Below, piece by piece: positions 29,353 to 39,004 of a stretch of DNA of 40,135 nt (position 1 is its first letter; each line of letters opens with the position of its first letter). Made by a program: the position numbers and the translations under genes. The notes below the pieces were generated by a model, which was not told where the DNA came from, ran no database searches, and worked only from the letters and a program-made list of their open reading frames with translations. Origin of the DNA: Candidatus Nanopelagicales bacterium (lineage in GTDB: Bacteria > Actinomycetota > Actinomycetes > S36-B12); NCBI GenBank assembly GCA_051007175.1, contig JBPCSL010000046.1:1-40135 (forward strand), read 5' to 3'.

Positions 29353-30660
29353 TCAGTCCGCGTCTCGCACCGTGATCGCCGCGGCGTGCCCGGGCAGGTC
29401 CTCGGCGAGGGCGAGGGCGACAACATGGTCGGCAACCCCCGCGAGGGCGTCCGCGTCGTAGTCGACGATATGGATGCCCCGCAGGAATGTCTGCACGGAC
29501 AGGCCCGAGGAGTGCACCGACGAGCCACCCGTGGGCAGCACGTGATTGGAGCCCGCGCAGTAGTCGCCAAGGGACACCGGTGCGTGCGTGCCGACGAAGA
29601 TCGCTCCCGCGTTGCGGACGCGCAGGGCCACGGCGCGCGCGTCGCGCGTGTGGATCTCCAGGTGCTCGGCCGCGTAGGCATCCACCACGCTGAGCCCCTG
29701 CTCGAGGTCCCGCACGAGCACGATGCCGCTCTGCGTCCCCGAGAGCGCCTCCGCGATGCGATCCACGTGCTTCGCGGTGGCGAGTTGGGCCTGCAACTGC
29801 GCGTCGACGGCGTCAGCGAGCTCGGGCGAGGTGGTCACGAGGACGGCCGCGGCGAGCGTGTCGTGCTCCGCCTGACTGATGAGGTCGGCCGCCACATGCC
29901 GCGGGTCGGCAGAGTCGTCCGCGAGGATGGCGACTTCGGTCGGACCGGCCTCGGAGTCGATCCCGATGACGCCCTTGAGAGCGCGCTTCGCCGCGGTGAC
30001 CCAGATGTTGCCCGGTCCGGTCACCATGTCGACCGGCTCGCACCGCGGCGCTCCCGGCACATCGGCGCCGAAGGCGAGCATCGCGATCGCCTGAGCCCCT
30101 CCCACGGCGTACACCTCGTCGACGCCGAGCAGTCCGCAGGCCGCCAGGATGGTCGGGTGCGGGAGCCCCCCATGGTCGGGCTGCGCCGGCGACACCACGC
30201 ACAGGGATTCCACGCCGGCGATCTGCGCGGGTACGACGTTCATCACGACGCTGCTGGGATAGACCGCCCTACCCCCGGGAACATAGAGGCCCACGCGGCG
30301 CACGGGCACCCAGCGCTCGGTGACGGTGCCTCCGGGCACCACGGTCGTCGTCACGTCGGTGCGCCGCTGGTCGGCATGCACCAGGCGCGCGCGCCGAATG
30401 GACTCGGCGAGGGCATCCCGCACGCGGGGATCGAGCCCGGCCACTGCCTCCTCGATCGCGGCGGCAGGCACCCTCAGGTGCGGGGGCCGGATCCCGTCGA
30501 GGCGCTCGGTCCAGTCCAGGGCGGCAGCGGCCCCGCGCTCCCGGACGTCACCGATGATGGGGAGGACGGCGGCGGTCGCCTGCTCCACGTCGACAGCGGC
30601 CCGCGGCAGTGTCGACCTCGGGTCCGCGGCAGACCCTCGCAGGTCGATGCGCCTCAGCAT
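29353..30660 (-). CDS. hisD: Histidinol dehydrogenase
   Basis: GLYVPGG, GPGN, EAGPTE, SQAEHD and [13 protein letters not shown] motifs; ATG 30660 lies 7 nt after TAGAAT. Confidence 0.96.
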   Translation of the reverse strand: MLRRIDLRGSAADPRSTLPRAAVDVEQATAAVLPIIGDVRERGAAAALDWTERLDGIRPPHLRVPAAAIEEAVAGLDPRVRDALAESIRRARLVHADQRRTDVTTTVVPGGTVTERWVPVRRVGLYVPGGRAVYPSSVVMNVVPAQIAGVESLCVVSPAQPDHGGLPHPTILAACGLLGVDEVYAVGGAQAIAMLAFGADVPGAPRCEPVDMVTGPGNIWVTAAKRALKGVIGIDSEAGPTEVAILADDSADPRHVAADLISQAEHDTLAAAVLVTTSPELADAVDAQLQAQLATAKHVDRIAEALSGTQSGIVLVRDLEQGLSVVDAYAAEHLEIHTRDARAVALRVRNAGAIFVGTHAPVSLGDYCAGSNHVLPTGGSSVHSSGLSVQTFLRGIHIVDYDADALAGVADHVVALALAEDLPGHAAAITVRDAD

Positions 30661-30689
30661 GTCCGTGATTCTAGGTCTAGCCTGCGGGC
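30661..30689. promoter_or_regulatory. Divergent leaderless-type promoter pair for hisD and the LON-domain gene
   Basis: TAGAAT (minus, 30668-30673) is 7 nt before the hisD ATG; TAGCCT (plus, 30678-30683) is 6 nt before GTG 30690. Confidence 0.7.
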
Positions 30690-31361
30690 GTGACGGACGG
30701 TCGAGTCCCACCACCCGAGCGGCGGCGGATCCCCCTGTTCCCCCTGGGGACGGTCCTCGTCCCCGGCCTGGTCCTGCCGCTGCACATCTTCGAGCCCCGC
30801 TATCGGCGCATGGTGGCGGATCTGCAGGAGCTTCCGGAGGACGAGCGCGCCTTCGGCGTGGTCGCGATTCGGCAGGGTCGCGAGGTGGGAGCGGACACCC
30901 CCTCCATCCATGAGGTCGGCACGATCGCCTCGATCCGCGAGATCACGCCCCTGGGTGACGGACGATTCGAGCTCGTGACCGTGGGCACGGACCGCTTCCG
31001 CATCGTGGGTGTCCGCGACGACAAGCCCTACCTGCACGCCGATGTCGAGGATCTCCCCGAGGACAGCGGCGGCAGTCCTGAGGCGGTCGCCCACGCCGTG
31101 ACGGACAGCTTCGTCGAGTACCGCTCCATGTTCGCCGACGACGACACCGAGCTCCCCGATGACCCGCGCGTGCTGTCCTACCTGGTCGCGGCCGCCGTCG
31201 TGACGGATCTGCCGAGCCGTCAGGAGTTCCTGGAGGCCGCCTCGGATGTCGCGCGCCTGCGGGCCGAGCTGGCCTTCCTCCGCCGGGAGACCGCGATCAT
31301 CTCCGCCCTGCCCTCGCTGCCCGCGGTCGACATGATGAGCGAGGAGCCCTCGCCCAACTGA
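30690..31361 (+). CDS. LON peptidase substrate-binding domain protein
   Basis: IPLFPL...[13 protein letters not shown]...FGVVAI signature; no ATPase or protease domain. Confidence 0.9.
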   Translation: MTDGRVPPPERRRIPLFPLGTVLVPGLVLPLHIFEPRYRRMVADLQELPEDERAFGVVAIRQGREVGADTPSIHEVGTIASIREITPLGDGRFELVTVGTDRFRIVGVRDDKPYLHADVEDLPEDSGGSPEAVAHAVTDSFVEYRSMFADDDTELPDDPRVLSYLVAAAVVTDLPSRQEFLEAASDVARLRAELAFLRRETAIISALPSLPAVDMMSEEPSPN

Positions 31362-31376
31362 TGGCGAGGGACGACG

Positions 31377-31865
31377 ATGGCGAAGCGGACCGGTGCGGGC
31401 ACACCTGCCCTCGTCCTGCTCGCGCAGTCCGGGATCGTCCACCACGTCCACGCCTACGTCCACGACCCCGCGGTGCGCGGCTACGGCATCGAGGCGGCGC
31501 AGGCCCTCGGGATCGATCCAGGGCGTGTCTTCAAGACCCTGGTCGCCGAGGTGGACGGCTCCGCCGTCGTCGCCATCGTCCCCGTCGCGGGCTCGCTGGA
31601 TCTCAAGGCACTTGCCGCGGCGGTCGGCGGCAAGCGGGCTCGGATGATGGCGGTCGCCTCGGCCGAGAGACTCACCGGCTACGTGGCCGGCGGCATCTCC
31701 CCCCTCGGCCAGCGCACGACGAGCATGACCGTCATCGACGCCAGCGCACAGGACTTCCCCACCGTCTACGTGTCGGCCGGCCGTCGCGGTCTCGACGTGG
31801 AGCTCTCTCCGGAGGATCTCGCGCGCCTCACCGAGGCGCGCGTGGTTGCCATCTCGGCACCCTGA
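31377..31865 (+). CDS. ybaK: Cys-tRNA(Pro) deacylase
   Basis: GTPA, VFKTLV, TGYVAGGISPLGQ and SAGRRG motifs. Confidence 0.92.
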   Translation: MAKRTGAGTPALVLLAQSGIVHHVHAYVHDPAVRGYGIEAAQALGIDPGRVFKTLVAEVDGSAVVAIVPVAGSLDLKALAAAVGGKRARMMAVASAERLTGYVAGGISPLGQRTTSMTVIDASAQDFPTVYVSAGRRGLDVELSPEDLARLTEARVVAISAP

Positions 31866-31883
31866 GGCGGTCGGCGCCTCAGG
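31861..31883. terminator. Hairpin between convergent genes (possible bidirectional terminator)
   Basis: CCTGAGGCG-GTCGG-CGCCTCAGG: perfect 9-bp stem containing both stop codons; no U-tract. Confidence 0.5.
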
Positions 31884-32397
31884 ACTCCGACCGGTCCCGC
31901 ACCCACGCGCCGAGCGCTACGGCGAAGACGACGAGAGCGCTCATGGCGGGCCAGAGCACCAGGACTCCCGGCATCCGCAGCCGCAACGGAGCCGACAGCG
32001 TGTCGCCATCGGAGTACTGCGCGAGGGCCTGGGCCAGGTCGAAGCCGCCCAGTCGGGTGCCCACGAACCACATGGCGGCCGCGCCCACCACTCCCAGCGG
32101 CACGGCGACGAGGAGGGAGGCGCGCAGGGCGTGGTCGCGGTCGGACCGGACACGGCGCAGGACGACCACGGTGAGCACGCCCACGATCAGCCCGCCCACG
32201 AGGCACAGTGCGGCGGCGATGCCGTCGTCGGTCATATAGCCCTCGGGCTGGAAGGTCTGCGGATAGGCCTTGCCATCAGCGGCCACGAAGAGCTCCACGC
32301 GCGGCGCCAGCCGCTCCCACATGACGCCGAGTATCGCCCCCAGGGCGAGGCAACTCACCAGGGCAATGGCGAGGGCGGCCCATGCTCGTCGGGTCAT
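31879..32397 (-). CDS. DUF2567-like membrane protein
   Basis: Four TM segments with LGVMWERLAPRV and DDG motifs; ATG 6 nt after TACCCT. Confidence 0.7.
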   Translation of the reverse strand: MTRRAWAALAIALVSCLALGAILGVMWERLAPRVELFVAADGKAYPQTFQPEGYMTDDGIAAALCLVGGLIVGVLTVVVLRRVRSDRDHALRASLLVAVPLGVVGAAAMWFVGTRLGGFDLAQALAQYSDGDTLSAPLRLRMPGVLVLWPAMSALVVFAVALGAWVRDRSES

Positions 32398-32415
32398 GGA
32401 AGGAGGGTATGCCGA

Positions 32416-35400
32416 TCAGCTCAGGCAATGCGGGCCGAGCAGTGCCTTGAGGTCGGCGTAGAGCGCCGGACTCGGCGTCACCCGGAGCCGGTCGTCGAGC
32501 CGGAGGACCGTCGTGCGATCGGCGGTCGCCAGGTGCAGGTGCACCTCTGTCGTTCCGGGATGGACGGCGAGGATCTCCTTGAGCCGCTCCACCACGGGAG
32601 GGATGCACCGCGCAGCCGGCATCGTGAGTCGCACCGGACCGGTGTCGGCCTGGCTCACATCCGGCTGCATGATCTCCATGGCCACCAGCCGTGCGGCATC
32701 CTCGTCGGGCCGGTCGATGCGCCCGCGGATGAGGAGGACGGCGTCCTCCACGAGCAGCGTGCCGGCGGCGACGTAGGTCTGGGGGAACACCATCACCTCG
32801 ACCGCACCGTCGAGGTCTTCCAGGGTGACGATGGCCCAGACGGAACCCTGCTTGGTGGTCTTGCGCTGCACGGCCGTCACCAGCCCGCCCACCGTGACGA
32901 CCTGGCCCTCCGGCCGGTCACCGGAGTGCAGCTGGGCCACCGAGCAGTCCGTCGACTGGGCGAGGAACTGCTCGATGCCGTAGAGCGGATGATCCGAGAC
33001 GTACAGGCCCAGCATCTCGCGCTCGTGCGCGAGGAGGACGCCCTTCTCCCACTCCCCCAGCGGCACGTCGGGCGTGATGCGCAGGCCGTTGTCGGCAGCC
33101 TCGTCGCCCAGCCCTCCGAAGAGGTCGAACTGACCCACGGCCTGCGCGCGCTTGAGGTCGATGGCCGAGTCGATCACCTGCTCGTGGATCACGACGAGGC
33201 CGCGCCGCGTGTGACCCAGGGAGTCGAAGGCCCCGGCCTTGACCAGGCTCTCCACGACGCGCTTATTGCACGCCGAGGCATCGACGGCGTCGATGAAGTC
33301 CATGAAGTCGCCGAAGCGCCCATGCGACTTGCGGGTGGCGATGATCGACTCCACGACGTTGGCGCCCACATTGCGGATGGCCGAGAGCCCGAAGCGGATG
33401 TCCCCGTCGCGAGGGGTGAAGTCGAAATCGGAATCGTTGACGTCGGGCGGGAGGACCTTGATGCCCATGCGACGACACTCATTGAGATAGACCGCCGACT
33501 TGTCCTTATCGTCCTTCACCGAGGTGAGCAGGGCGGCCATGTACTCCTGCGGGAAGTTCGCCTTGAGGTACGCCGTCCAGAAGGACACCAGGCCGTAGCC
33601 GGCGGTGTGCGATTTGTTGAAGGCGTAGTCGGAGAAGGGCACGAGGATGTCCCACAGCGTCTGGATCGCCCCGTCGGAGAAGCCGTTGGCGACCATCCCC
33701 TCACGGAACGGCACGTACTCCTTGTCGAGGATCTCCTTCTTCTTCTTGCCCATGGCGCGCCTGAGGAGGTCGGCACTGCCGAGCGAGTAGCCCGCCACCT
33801 TCTGGGCGATGGCCATGACCTGCTCCTGGTAGACGATCAGGCCGTAGGTGTCGCCGAGGATCTCCTCGAGCGGGGCCGCCAGCTCCGGATGGATGGGCAC
33901 GACGGGCTTGCGGCCGTTCTTGCGATCGGCGTACTCGTTGTGGGCATTGGCGCCCATGGGACCCGGCCGGTAGAGGGCGAGCACCGCTGAGATGTCCTCG
34001 AAGGAGTCCGGCTGCATCGACCGCAGCAGCGCGCGCATGGGTGCGCCGTCGAGCTGGAAGACGCCGAGAGTGTCGCCGCGCGACAGCAGCTCGAACGTCG
34101 GTCCGTCGGCGAGCGCCAGCGTCTCGAGGACCACAGTCTCGCCGCGATTGACGCGGATGTTCTCGAGGCAGTCGTCGAGGACCGTGAGGTTGCGCAAGCC
34201 GAGGAAGTCCATCTTGAGGAGGCCGAGGGCCTCGCAGGCGCCCATATCGAACTGGGTGATGACGGCCCCGTCCTGCTCCCGACGCCACACCGGGATGACG
34301 TCCATGAGCGGCTCGCGGCACAGGATGACGCCCGCGGCGTGCACGCCGGGCTGGCGCTTGAGGCCCTCCAAGCCCTTCGCGGTGTCGACGACCTTGGCGA
34401 CATCGGGATCGGATTCGTACAGGGTGCGGAATTCCGAGGCCTCGCCGTAGCGGGCATGGGCCTTGTCGAAGACTCCCGCGAGGGAGATGTCCTTGCCCAT
34501 CACGGATGGCGGCATCGCCTTGGTGATGCGGTCGCCGAGCGCATAAGGGTAGCCCAGCACGCGCGCGGCATCCTTGATGGCGGCCTTCGCCTTGATCGAG
34601 CCGAACGTGACGATCTGCGCCACCCGCTCCTCGCCGTATTTCTCGGTGGCGTAGCGGATCATGTCGGCGCGGCGGCGCTCATCGAAGTCGATATCGATAT
34701 CGGGCATGGAGATGCGCTCGGGGTTGAGGAAGCGCTCGAAGAGCAGCCCGTGCTTGATCGGATCGAGGTCGGTGATCCCCAGGGCGTAGGCGATCATGGC
34801 GCCCGCGGCCGAGCCGCGCCCCGGGCCCACGCGGATGCCGTTGTCCTTGGCGTGGCGGACCAGGTCGGCGACGACGAGGAAGTAGCCAGGAAAGCCCATC
34901 TGGGTGACGACCCCGAGCTCATAGGCCGCCTGCGCGCGGACATCGTCGCCCACGCCCTCGGGATAGCGTCGCGCGAGGCCGCGATCGACCTCCTTCACCA
35001 GCCAGGACTCCTCGGTCTCGCCCGCGGGGACCGGGAAGCGCGGCATCAGGTTGGCACCCTCGTTGAACGTGACATCGCAGCGCTCGGCGATGAGGAGCGT
35101 GTTGTCGCAGGCCTCGGGCAGCTCGCGCCACACATCGCGCATCTCAGCCGATGTCTTGAGATAGAAGTCGCGTGCGTCGAACCGGAAGCGCTTCGGATCG
35201 TCCATCGTGGTGCGGGTCCCGATGCACAGCAGCACGTCGTGAGTGTCGGCATCGGCGGCGTTGACGTAGTGCAGGTCGTTGGTGGCCACCAGGGGAAGGT
35301 CGAGGGCCCGGGCGATGCGGAGAAGGTCCTCGCGGAAGCGCCGCTCGATCGCGAGGCCGTGGTCCATGACCTCGCAGAAGTAGTTGCCGGCCCCGAGGAT

Positions 35401-35964
35401 GTCGCGCATGTCGGCGGCCGCCTGCAGGGCCCGGTCGAAATTGCCGGCCTGGAGCCAGCGGTTGACCTCGCCAGAGGGGCATCCAGTCGTGCCGATGAGC
35501 CCCGCGCCGTAGGTCTCGAGGACTTCCCGGTCGAACCGCGGCTTGAAGTAGTAGCCCTCAAGGCTGGCCAGCGATGCCAGCCGGAAGAGGTTGTGCATGC
35601 CCGCGGTGTCCTGGGCCCACAGCGTCATGTGCGTGTAGCTCTGGGTGCCGCGCCCGCCGGCGCCATCCTCGCCGACGCCCTCGTCATAGCCGCCACCGAA
35701 GTCGAAGGCGCGGCGTTCGAAGCGCCCCTGCGGCGCGTAGTAGCCCTCGAGCCCGATGATCGGCTTGATGCCCGCGGACTTGGCCGCGGTGTAGAAGTCG
35801 TAGGCACCGTAGAGAGTGCCGTGATCGGTCATCGCGATGGCCGGCATGCCCTGCTCGGCCGCCGCCGACATGAGGTGGTCGAGGCGACTCGCGCCGTCGA
35901 GCATGGAGTACTCGGTGTGCACGTGGAGGTGGACGAAGTCGCCGCCCGAGCCGCCCGTGGTCAC
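32416..35964 (-). CDS. dnaE: DNA polymerase III alpha subunit (DnaE1)
   Basis: HLHVHTEYSMLDG PHP domain, GRGSAAG, PDIDIDF and YAFNKSH motifs; 1182 aa, no intein-sized insert. Confidence 0.98.
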   Translation of the reverse strand: MTTGGSGGDFVHLHVHTEYSMLDGASRLDHLMSAAAEQGMPAIAMTDHGTLYGAYDFYTAAKSAGIKPIIGLEGYYAPQGRFERRAFDFGGGYDEGVGEDGAGGRGTQSYTHMTLWAQDTAGMHNLFRLASLASLEGYYFKPRFDREVLETYGAGLIGTTGCPSGEVNRWLQAGNFDRALQAAADMRDILGAGNYFCEVMDHGLAIERRFREDLLRIARALDLPLVATNDLHYVNAADADTHDVLLCIGTRTTMDDPKRFRFDARDFYLKTSAEMRDVWRELPEACDNTLLIAERCDVTFNEGANLMPRFPVPAGETEESWLVKEVDRGLARRYPEGVGDDVRAQAAYELGVVTQMGFPGYFLVVADLVRHAKDNGIRVGPGRGSAAGAMIAYALGITDLDPIKHGLLFERFLNPERISMPDIDIDFDERRRADMIRYATEKYGEERVAQIVTFGSIKAKAAIKDAARVLGYPYALGDRITKAMPPSVMGKDISLAGVFDKAHARYGEASEFRTLYESDPDVAKVVDTAKGLEGLKRQPGVHAAGVILCREPLMDVIPVWRREQDGAVITQFDMGACEALGLLKMDFLGLRNLTVLDDCLENIRVNRGETVVLETLALADGPTFELLSRGDTLGVFQLDGAPMRALLRSMQPDSFEDISAVLALYRPGPMGANAHNEYADRKNGRKPVVPIHPELAAPLEEILGDTYGLIVYQEQVMAIAQKVAGYSLGSADLLRRAMGKKKKEILDKEYVPFREGMVANGFSDGAIQTLWDILVPFSDYAFNKSHTAGYGLVSFWTAYLKANFPQEYMAALLTSVKDDKDKSAVYLNECRRMGIKVLPPDVNDSDFDFTPRDGDIRFGLSAIRNVGANVVESIIATRKSHGRFGDFMDFIDAVDASACNKRVVESLVKAGAFDSLGHTRRGLVVIHEQVIDSAIDLKRAQAVGQFDLFGGLGDEAADNGLRITPDVPLGEWEKGVLLAHEREMLGLYVSDHPLYGIEQFLAQSTDCSVAQLHSGDRPEGQVVTVGGLVTAVQRKTTKQGSVWAIVTLEDLDGAVEVMVFPQTYVAAGTLLVEDAVLLIRGRIDRPDEDAARLVAMEIMQPDVSQADTGPVRLTMPAARCIPPVVERLKEILAVHPGTTEVHLHLATADRTTVLRLDDRLRVTPSPALYADLKALLGPHCLS

Positions 35965-35986
35965 CGGCCCACCCTATGCCGCCGGT

Positions 35987-36067
35987 CCGACCCCCGGGTC
36001 GGCCCGACGCGCCGCCGGGAGGGCCTGGGGCGCCCTGCGTCCCAGGCGTCCCGCCTGTCTCAGGCGG
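35987..36067. terminator. Three consecutive GC-rich hairpins downstream of the secreted-protein gene
   Basis: CCGACC-CCCG-GGTCGG (35987-36002), GCCTGGGGCGC-CCT-GCGTCCCAGGC (36023-36047), CCGCCTG-TCT-CAGGCGG (36051-36067). Confidence 0.45.
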
Positions 36068-36082
36068 TGAGCGTCGTCGGCC

Positions 36083-36700
36083 TCAGGAGCCGGACATGGG
36101 CATCGACATGGTCATGCCCGCCGCGACGCGCTGTCCTGCGCTGAAGACGGTGACGTTGAGGCTGGAGTTGAGCGTGGCCGCGCCATCCGGTGTGAGCTTG
36201 AGAGTGAAGTTGTACATGCCCGAGTCCACCTTGACGTGGGAGAGGGAGAAGAGTGCCTTCTTGCCGAGGTCGGTGTCGGAGGCGTAGACGCGGGCCGTCA
36301 CCTTCTTCTTGTTGAAGTCGAAGGTGACGTTGTCGAGCACGACCGTCCGGAAGTACATCGAATCGGCGCGCAGGAACGTGAGGTCTCCGTCGTGCGTGGC
36401 CACGCCGCCCATGAAGGCCTTGACCGGCATCTCCATGGCGGGACGGCCCGGGGAGACGAGAGTGCCGCCGGCGGGGTCACCACCGTAGAAGCCGACGCCC
36501 GCGCGCGACATGGCGCGCCACGTGTTGTAGTCCATGCGGAACGTCGTCATCGACGTGCCCGACGGGGAGGGCGACGCCACGACGCCGACCGCAGGCACGC
36601 ACAGGTCGCAGTTGATGTTCGCCGAGGCCGCGGGCGCGGCGGCGGCAGCTCCCGCGAGGGCCAGGGCGGCGGCGGACAGGGCGAGGACGGTGCGGCGCAT
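36083..36700 (-). CDS. Secreted hypothetical protein (CxxC, Met-rich, possibly HtaA-like beta fold)
   Basis: Sec signal peptide ending ASA; SD GGGAG; GC3-biased codons; family uncertain. Confidence 0.8.
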   Translation of the reverse strand: MRRTVLALSAAALALAGAAAAAPAASANINCDLCVPAVGVVASPSPSGTSMTTFRMDYNTWRAMSRAGVGFYGGDPAGGTLVSPGRPAMEMPVKAFMGGVATHDGDLTFLRADSMYFRTVVLDNVTFDFNKKKVTARVYASDTDLGKKALFSLSHVKVDSGMYNFTLKLTPDGAATLNSSLNVTVFSAGQRVAAGMTMSMPMSGS

Positions 36701-36732
36701 ACGGACTCCCGGATCGTGGACGTGGAACGAGC

Positions 36733-37656
36733 CTAGGCCGCGTCGGCGAGGCGTCGCAAAGCCTCGGCGAAGTCCGGCGGGTCGGGCGAGACCCAGACGA
36801 GCCGCTCCCCCGTCGCCGGATGGGTCAGGGCGAGGCGCGCCGCGTGCAGGGCCGGGCGCGACATCCCCAGGCGCTCCGCCAGCGTGGGGTCGGCGCCGTA
36901 GGTGAGATCCCCGACGAGCGGGTGGCGCATGGCCGACATGTGCACGCGGATCTGGTGCGTGCGGCCGGTTTCCAGGTCAATCTCCAGCAGGCTCGCGTAG
37001 GGGAAGGCCTCGAGAGTGTCGTAGTGCGTCACGCTGGGCTTGCCCTGGGCGACCACTGCCATGCGATAGTCGGCGGTCGGGTGCCGGTCGATGGGAGCGT
37101 CGATGGTGCCGCTCAGCGGGTCGAGGTGCCCCTGCGCAATGGCGCGATAGGTCTTGTCCACCGTGCGATCGCGGAATTGCTCCTTGAGATCCCGGTACGC
37201 CGACTCGCTCTTCGCCACCACCATGAGACCGGTGGTGCCCACGTCGAGCCGGTGCACGATCCCCTGACGCTCCGCGGCCCCGGAGGTGGAGATCCGGTAG
37301 CCGGCGGCCGCGAGCCCTCCCACCACCGTGGGTCCGTCCCAGCCCGGGCTCGGGTGGGCCGCGACGCCCACCGGCTTGTCCACGACGACGAGGTCATCGT
37401 CGTCGTGGACGATGAGCATGCCCTCGACGGGCTCCGGCTCGCGGACGACCGGGGGCTCCGGCAGCGTCACCTCGAGCCACTGCCCCTCGGCGAGGCGATC
37501 GGACTTCGCGGCCGGCGAGCCATCGATGGTCACGGAGCCCATGGCGATGAGGTCAGCCACGGCACTGCGGGACATTCCGAGCAGACGCGCCAGGCCCGCA
37601 TCGACGCGCTCCCCCGCGAGTCCCTCCGGGACGGGGAGACGGCGTGCCTCAGGCAT
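36733..37656 (-). CDS. RluA-family pseudouridine synthase (RluD-like, N-terminal S4 domain)
   Basis: [12 protein letters not shown] and [10 protein letters not shown] motifs; follows lspA. Confidence 0.94.
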   Translation of the reverse strand: MPEARRLPVPEGLAGERVDAGLARLLGMSRSAVADLIAMGSVTIDGSPAAKSDRLAEGQWLEVTLPEPPVVREPEPVEGMLIVHDDDDLVVVDKPVGVAAHPSPGWDGPTVVGGLAAAGYRISTSGAAERQGIVHRLDVGTTGLMVVAKSESAYRDLKEQFRDRTVDKTYRAIAQGHLDPLSGTIDAPIDRHPTADYRMAVVAQGKPSVTHYDTLEAFPYASLLEIDLETGRTHQIRVHMSAMRHPLVGDLTYGADPTLAERLGMSRPALHAARLALTHPATGERLVWVSPDPPDFAEALRRLADAA

Positions 37657-38194
37657 TGCTGGCGGGTGCCTTGCCGGTGAGTTCGACGCCCCGCAGGGTG
37701 AGGATCACCATGAGGATCGCGGAGCCCACGATGGCCATGTCGGCGCAATTGAAGACCGGCCAATTCGGCAGCTGCAGGAAGTCCACGACGAAGCCCTGGC
37801 CGATCCCCGGAGGGCGCACGAGGCGATCAATGAGGTTGCCGACAGCCCCGCCGAGCAGCCCACCCAGCGCGACCGCCCACCACACGCTGCCGATGCGAGT
37901 CGCCGTGCGCAGGATCACCACGGCCACGATGGCCGCGATGACCGCGAAGATCCAGGTGAACCCCGTGCCCATGCTGAAGGCGGCCCCGGTGTTCTCGGTG
38001 TAGGTGAGCTTGAGGACAGGGCCCAGGAGATCGACGGGGCCTTCGCCCGCGAGGATCCGCGGCCGGAGGTAGGCCAGGGCCAGGGCCTTGGTGACCTGGT
38101 CGATGGCAATCACCCCGAGCGCCACCAGGATCGTCACCCAGATGAGGCGCGGACGCGCCTGCGTGACGGTGGCGTCACCCTCGGGATTCGTCAT
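37649..38194 (-). CDS. lspA: Lipoprotein signal peptidase II
   Basis: DQVTK, NTGAAFS, GNLIDR, VVDF and FNCAD motifs; ATG 38194 lies 6 nt after TACTCT. Confidence 0.95.
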   Translation of the reverse strand: MTNPEGDATVTQARPRLIWVTILVALGVIAIDQVTKALALAYLRPRILAGEGPVDLLGPVLKLTYTENTGAAFSMGTGFTWIFAVIAAIVAVVILRTATRIGSVWWAVALGGLLGGAVGNLIDRLVRPPGIGQGFVVDFLQLPNWPVFNCADMAIVGSAILMVILTLRGVELTGKAPASNA

Positions 38195-38198
38195 CCCG

Positions 38199-38900
38199 TC
38201 AGAGTACGCGGCGCTCCTCGATCTGCTTGCAGGCGAGGCACATGGTCGCGCGGGGGAACGCCTGCAAGCGGTACTTGCCGACCGGGTTGCCGCACGACTC
38301 GCAGATGCCGTAGGTGCCGTTGGCGATGCGCTCGAGCGCGCGCTCGGTCTGCATGAGCATGTCGCGGGCATTGTTGGCCAGGGACATCTCGTGCTCGCGC
38401 TCGAAGGTCTTGCTGCCGGCATCGGCCTGGTCGTCACCCGCTCCGTCCCCCGAGTCGGCGACGAGCTCGGCGATATCGGCCTCGGTGATCTTGATTTCCT
38501 CCTGCAGGCGGACGACGTCCTTCTGCAGCTCCTTCTTCACCTCGGCGATCTCCGCGGGGGTCCACGGGGATTCGTCCTCCCGGACCGCCAGCTTCTTCTT
38601 CGCGGGCGCCGCCTTCTTCACTGGGGCGACGGGCTTCGCCGGGGCGGCCTTCTTCCCCGGAGCCGCCGACTTCGCGGGGGCGGCCTTCTTCGCGGGGGCG
38701 GCCTTCTTCGCCGGAGCCGCCGGCTTGGCGGGGGCGGCCTTCTTCGCTGGAGTGGCGGGGGCCGCCTTCTTGGCGGGCGCGGCCTTCTTCGCCGGTGCCG
38801 CCTTCTTCCCGGGGGCAGCCTTCTTCGCGGGCGTGGCGGGGGCGGTCTTCTTCGCCGGTGTCGCCTTCTTGGCGGGTGCGGCCTTCTTGCCGGTGGCCAT
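38199..38900 (-). CDS. DksA/TraR C4 zinc-finger protein with histone H1-like N-terminal tail
   Basis: Coiled coil with DQADAG tip, GTYGICESC...CLAC zinc finger; first ~100 aa are xKKAAP repeats. Confidence 0.92.
   Translation of the reverse strand: MATGKKAAPAKKATPAKKTAPATPAKKAAPGKKAAPAKKAAPAKKAAPATPAKKAAPAKPAAPAKKAAPAKKAAPAKSAAPGKKAAPAKPVAPVKKAAPAKKKLAVREDESPWTPAEIAEVKKELQKDVVRLQEEIKITEADIAELVADSGDGAGDDQADAGSKTFEREHEMSLANNARDMLMQTERALERIANGTYGICESCGNPVGKYRLQAFPRATMCLACKQIEERRVL
38604..38891 (-). repeat. Coding 18-bp tandem repeat (15 xKKAAP-type units plus two ATP inserts)
   Basis: Repeated GCCTTCTTC/G units on the plus strand; translation GKKAAP AKKATP AKKTAP... Confidence 0.9.
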
Positions 38901-38947
38901 GGGACCCCCTCACTTCCTCCCGACCAGGCGGCCGGGTGAGCCGCCCG

Positions 38948-38976
38948 AGGGTACGCCGACCCGAGGCGAGGGGCAA
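38948..38976 (-). promoter_or_regulatory. Putative sigma-70 promoter of the dksA-like gene
   Basis: TTGCCC (38971-38976) - 17 nt - TACCCT (38948-38953). Confidence 0.55.
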
Positions 38977-39004
38977 CCACCGGGACCGCTGGGAGCGTCG
39001 GTCG

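Noticed and set aside
16658-30660. Missing trpD, trpG, trpF, hisG and hisE as pathway loss
   Set aside because: In actinobacteria these usually lie elsewhere or are replaced by PriA; cannot be judged from this window.
32416-35964. Possible intein or split in dnaE
   Set aside because: Length and motif order fit an uninterrupted DnaE1.
38604-38891. Tandem repeat considered as a CRISPR array or non-coding repeat
   Set aside because: No unique spacers or cas genes; it is an in-frame coding repeat.
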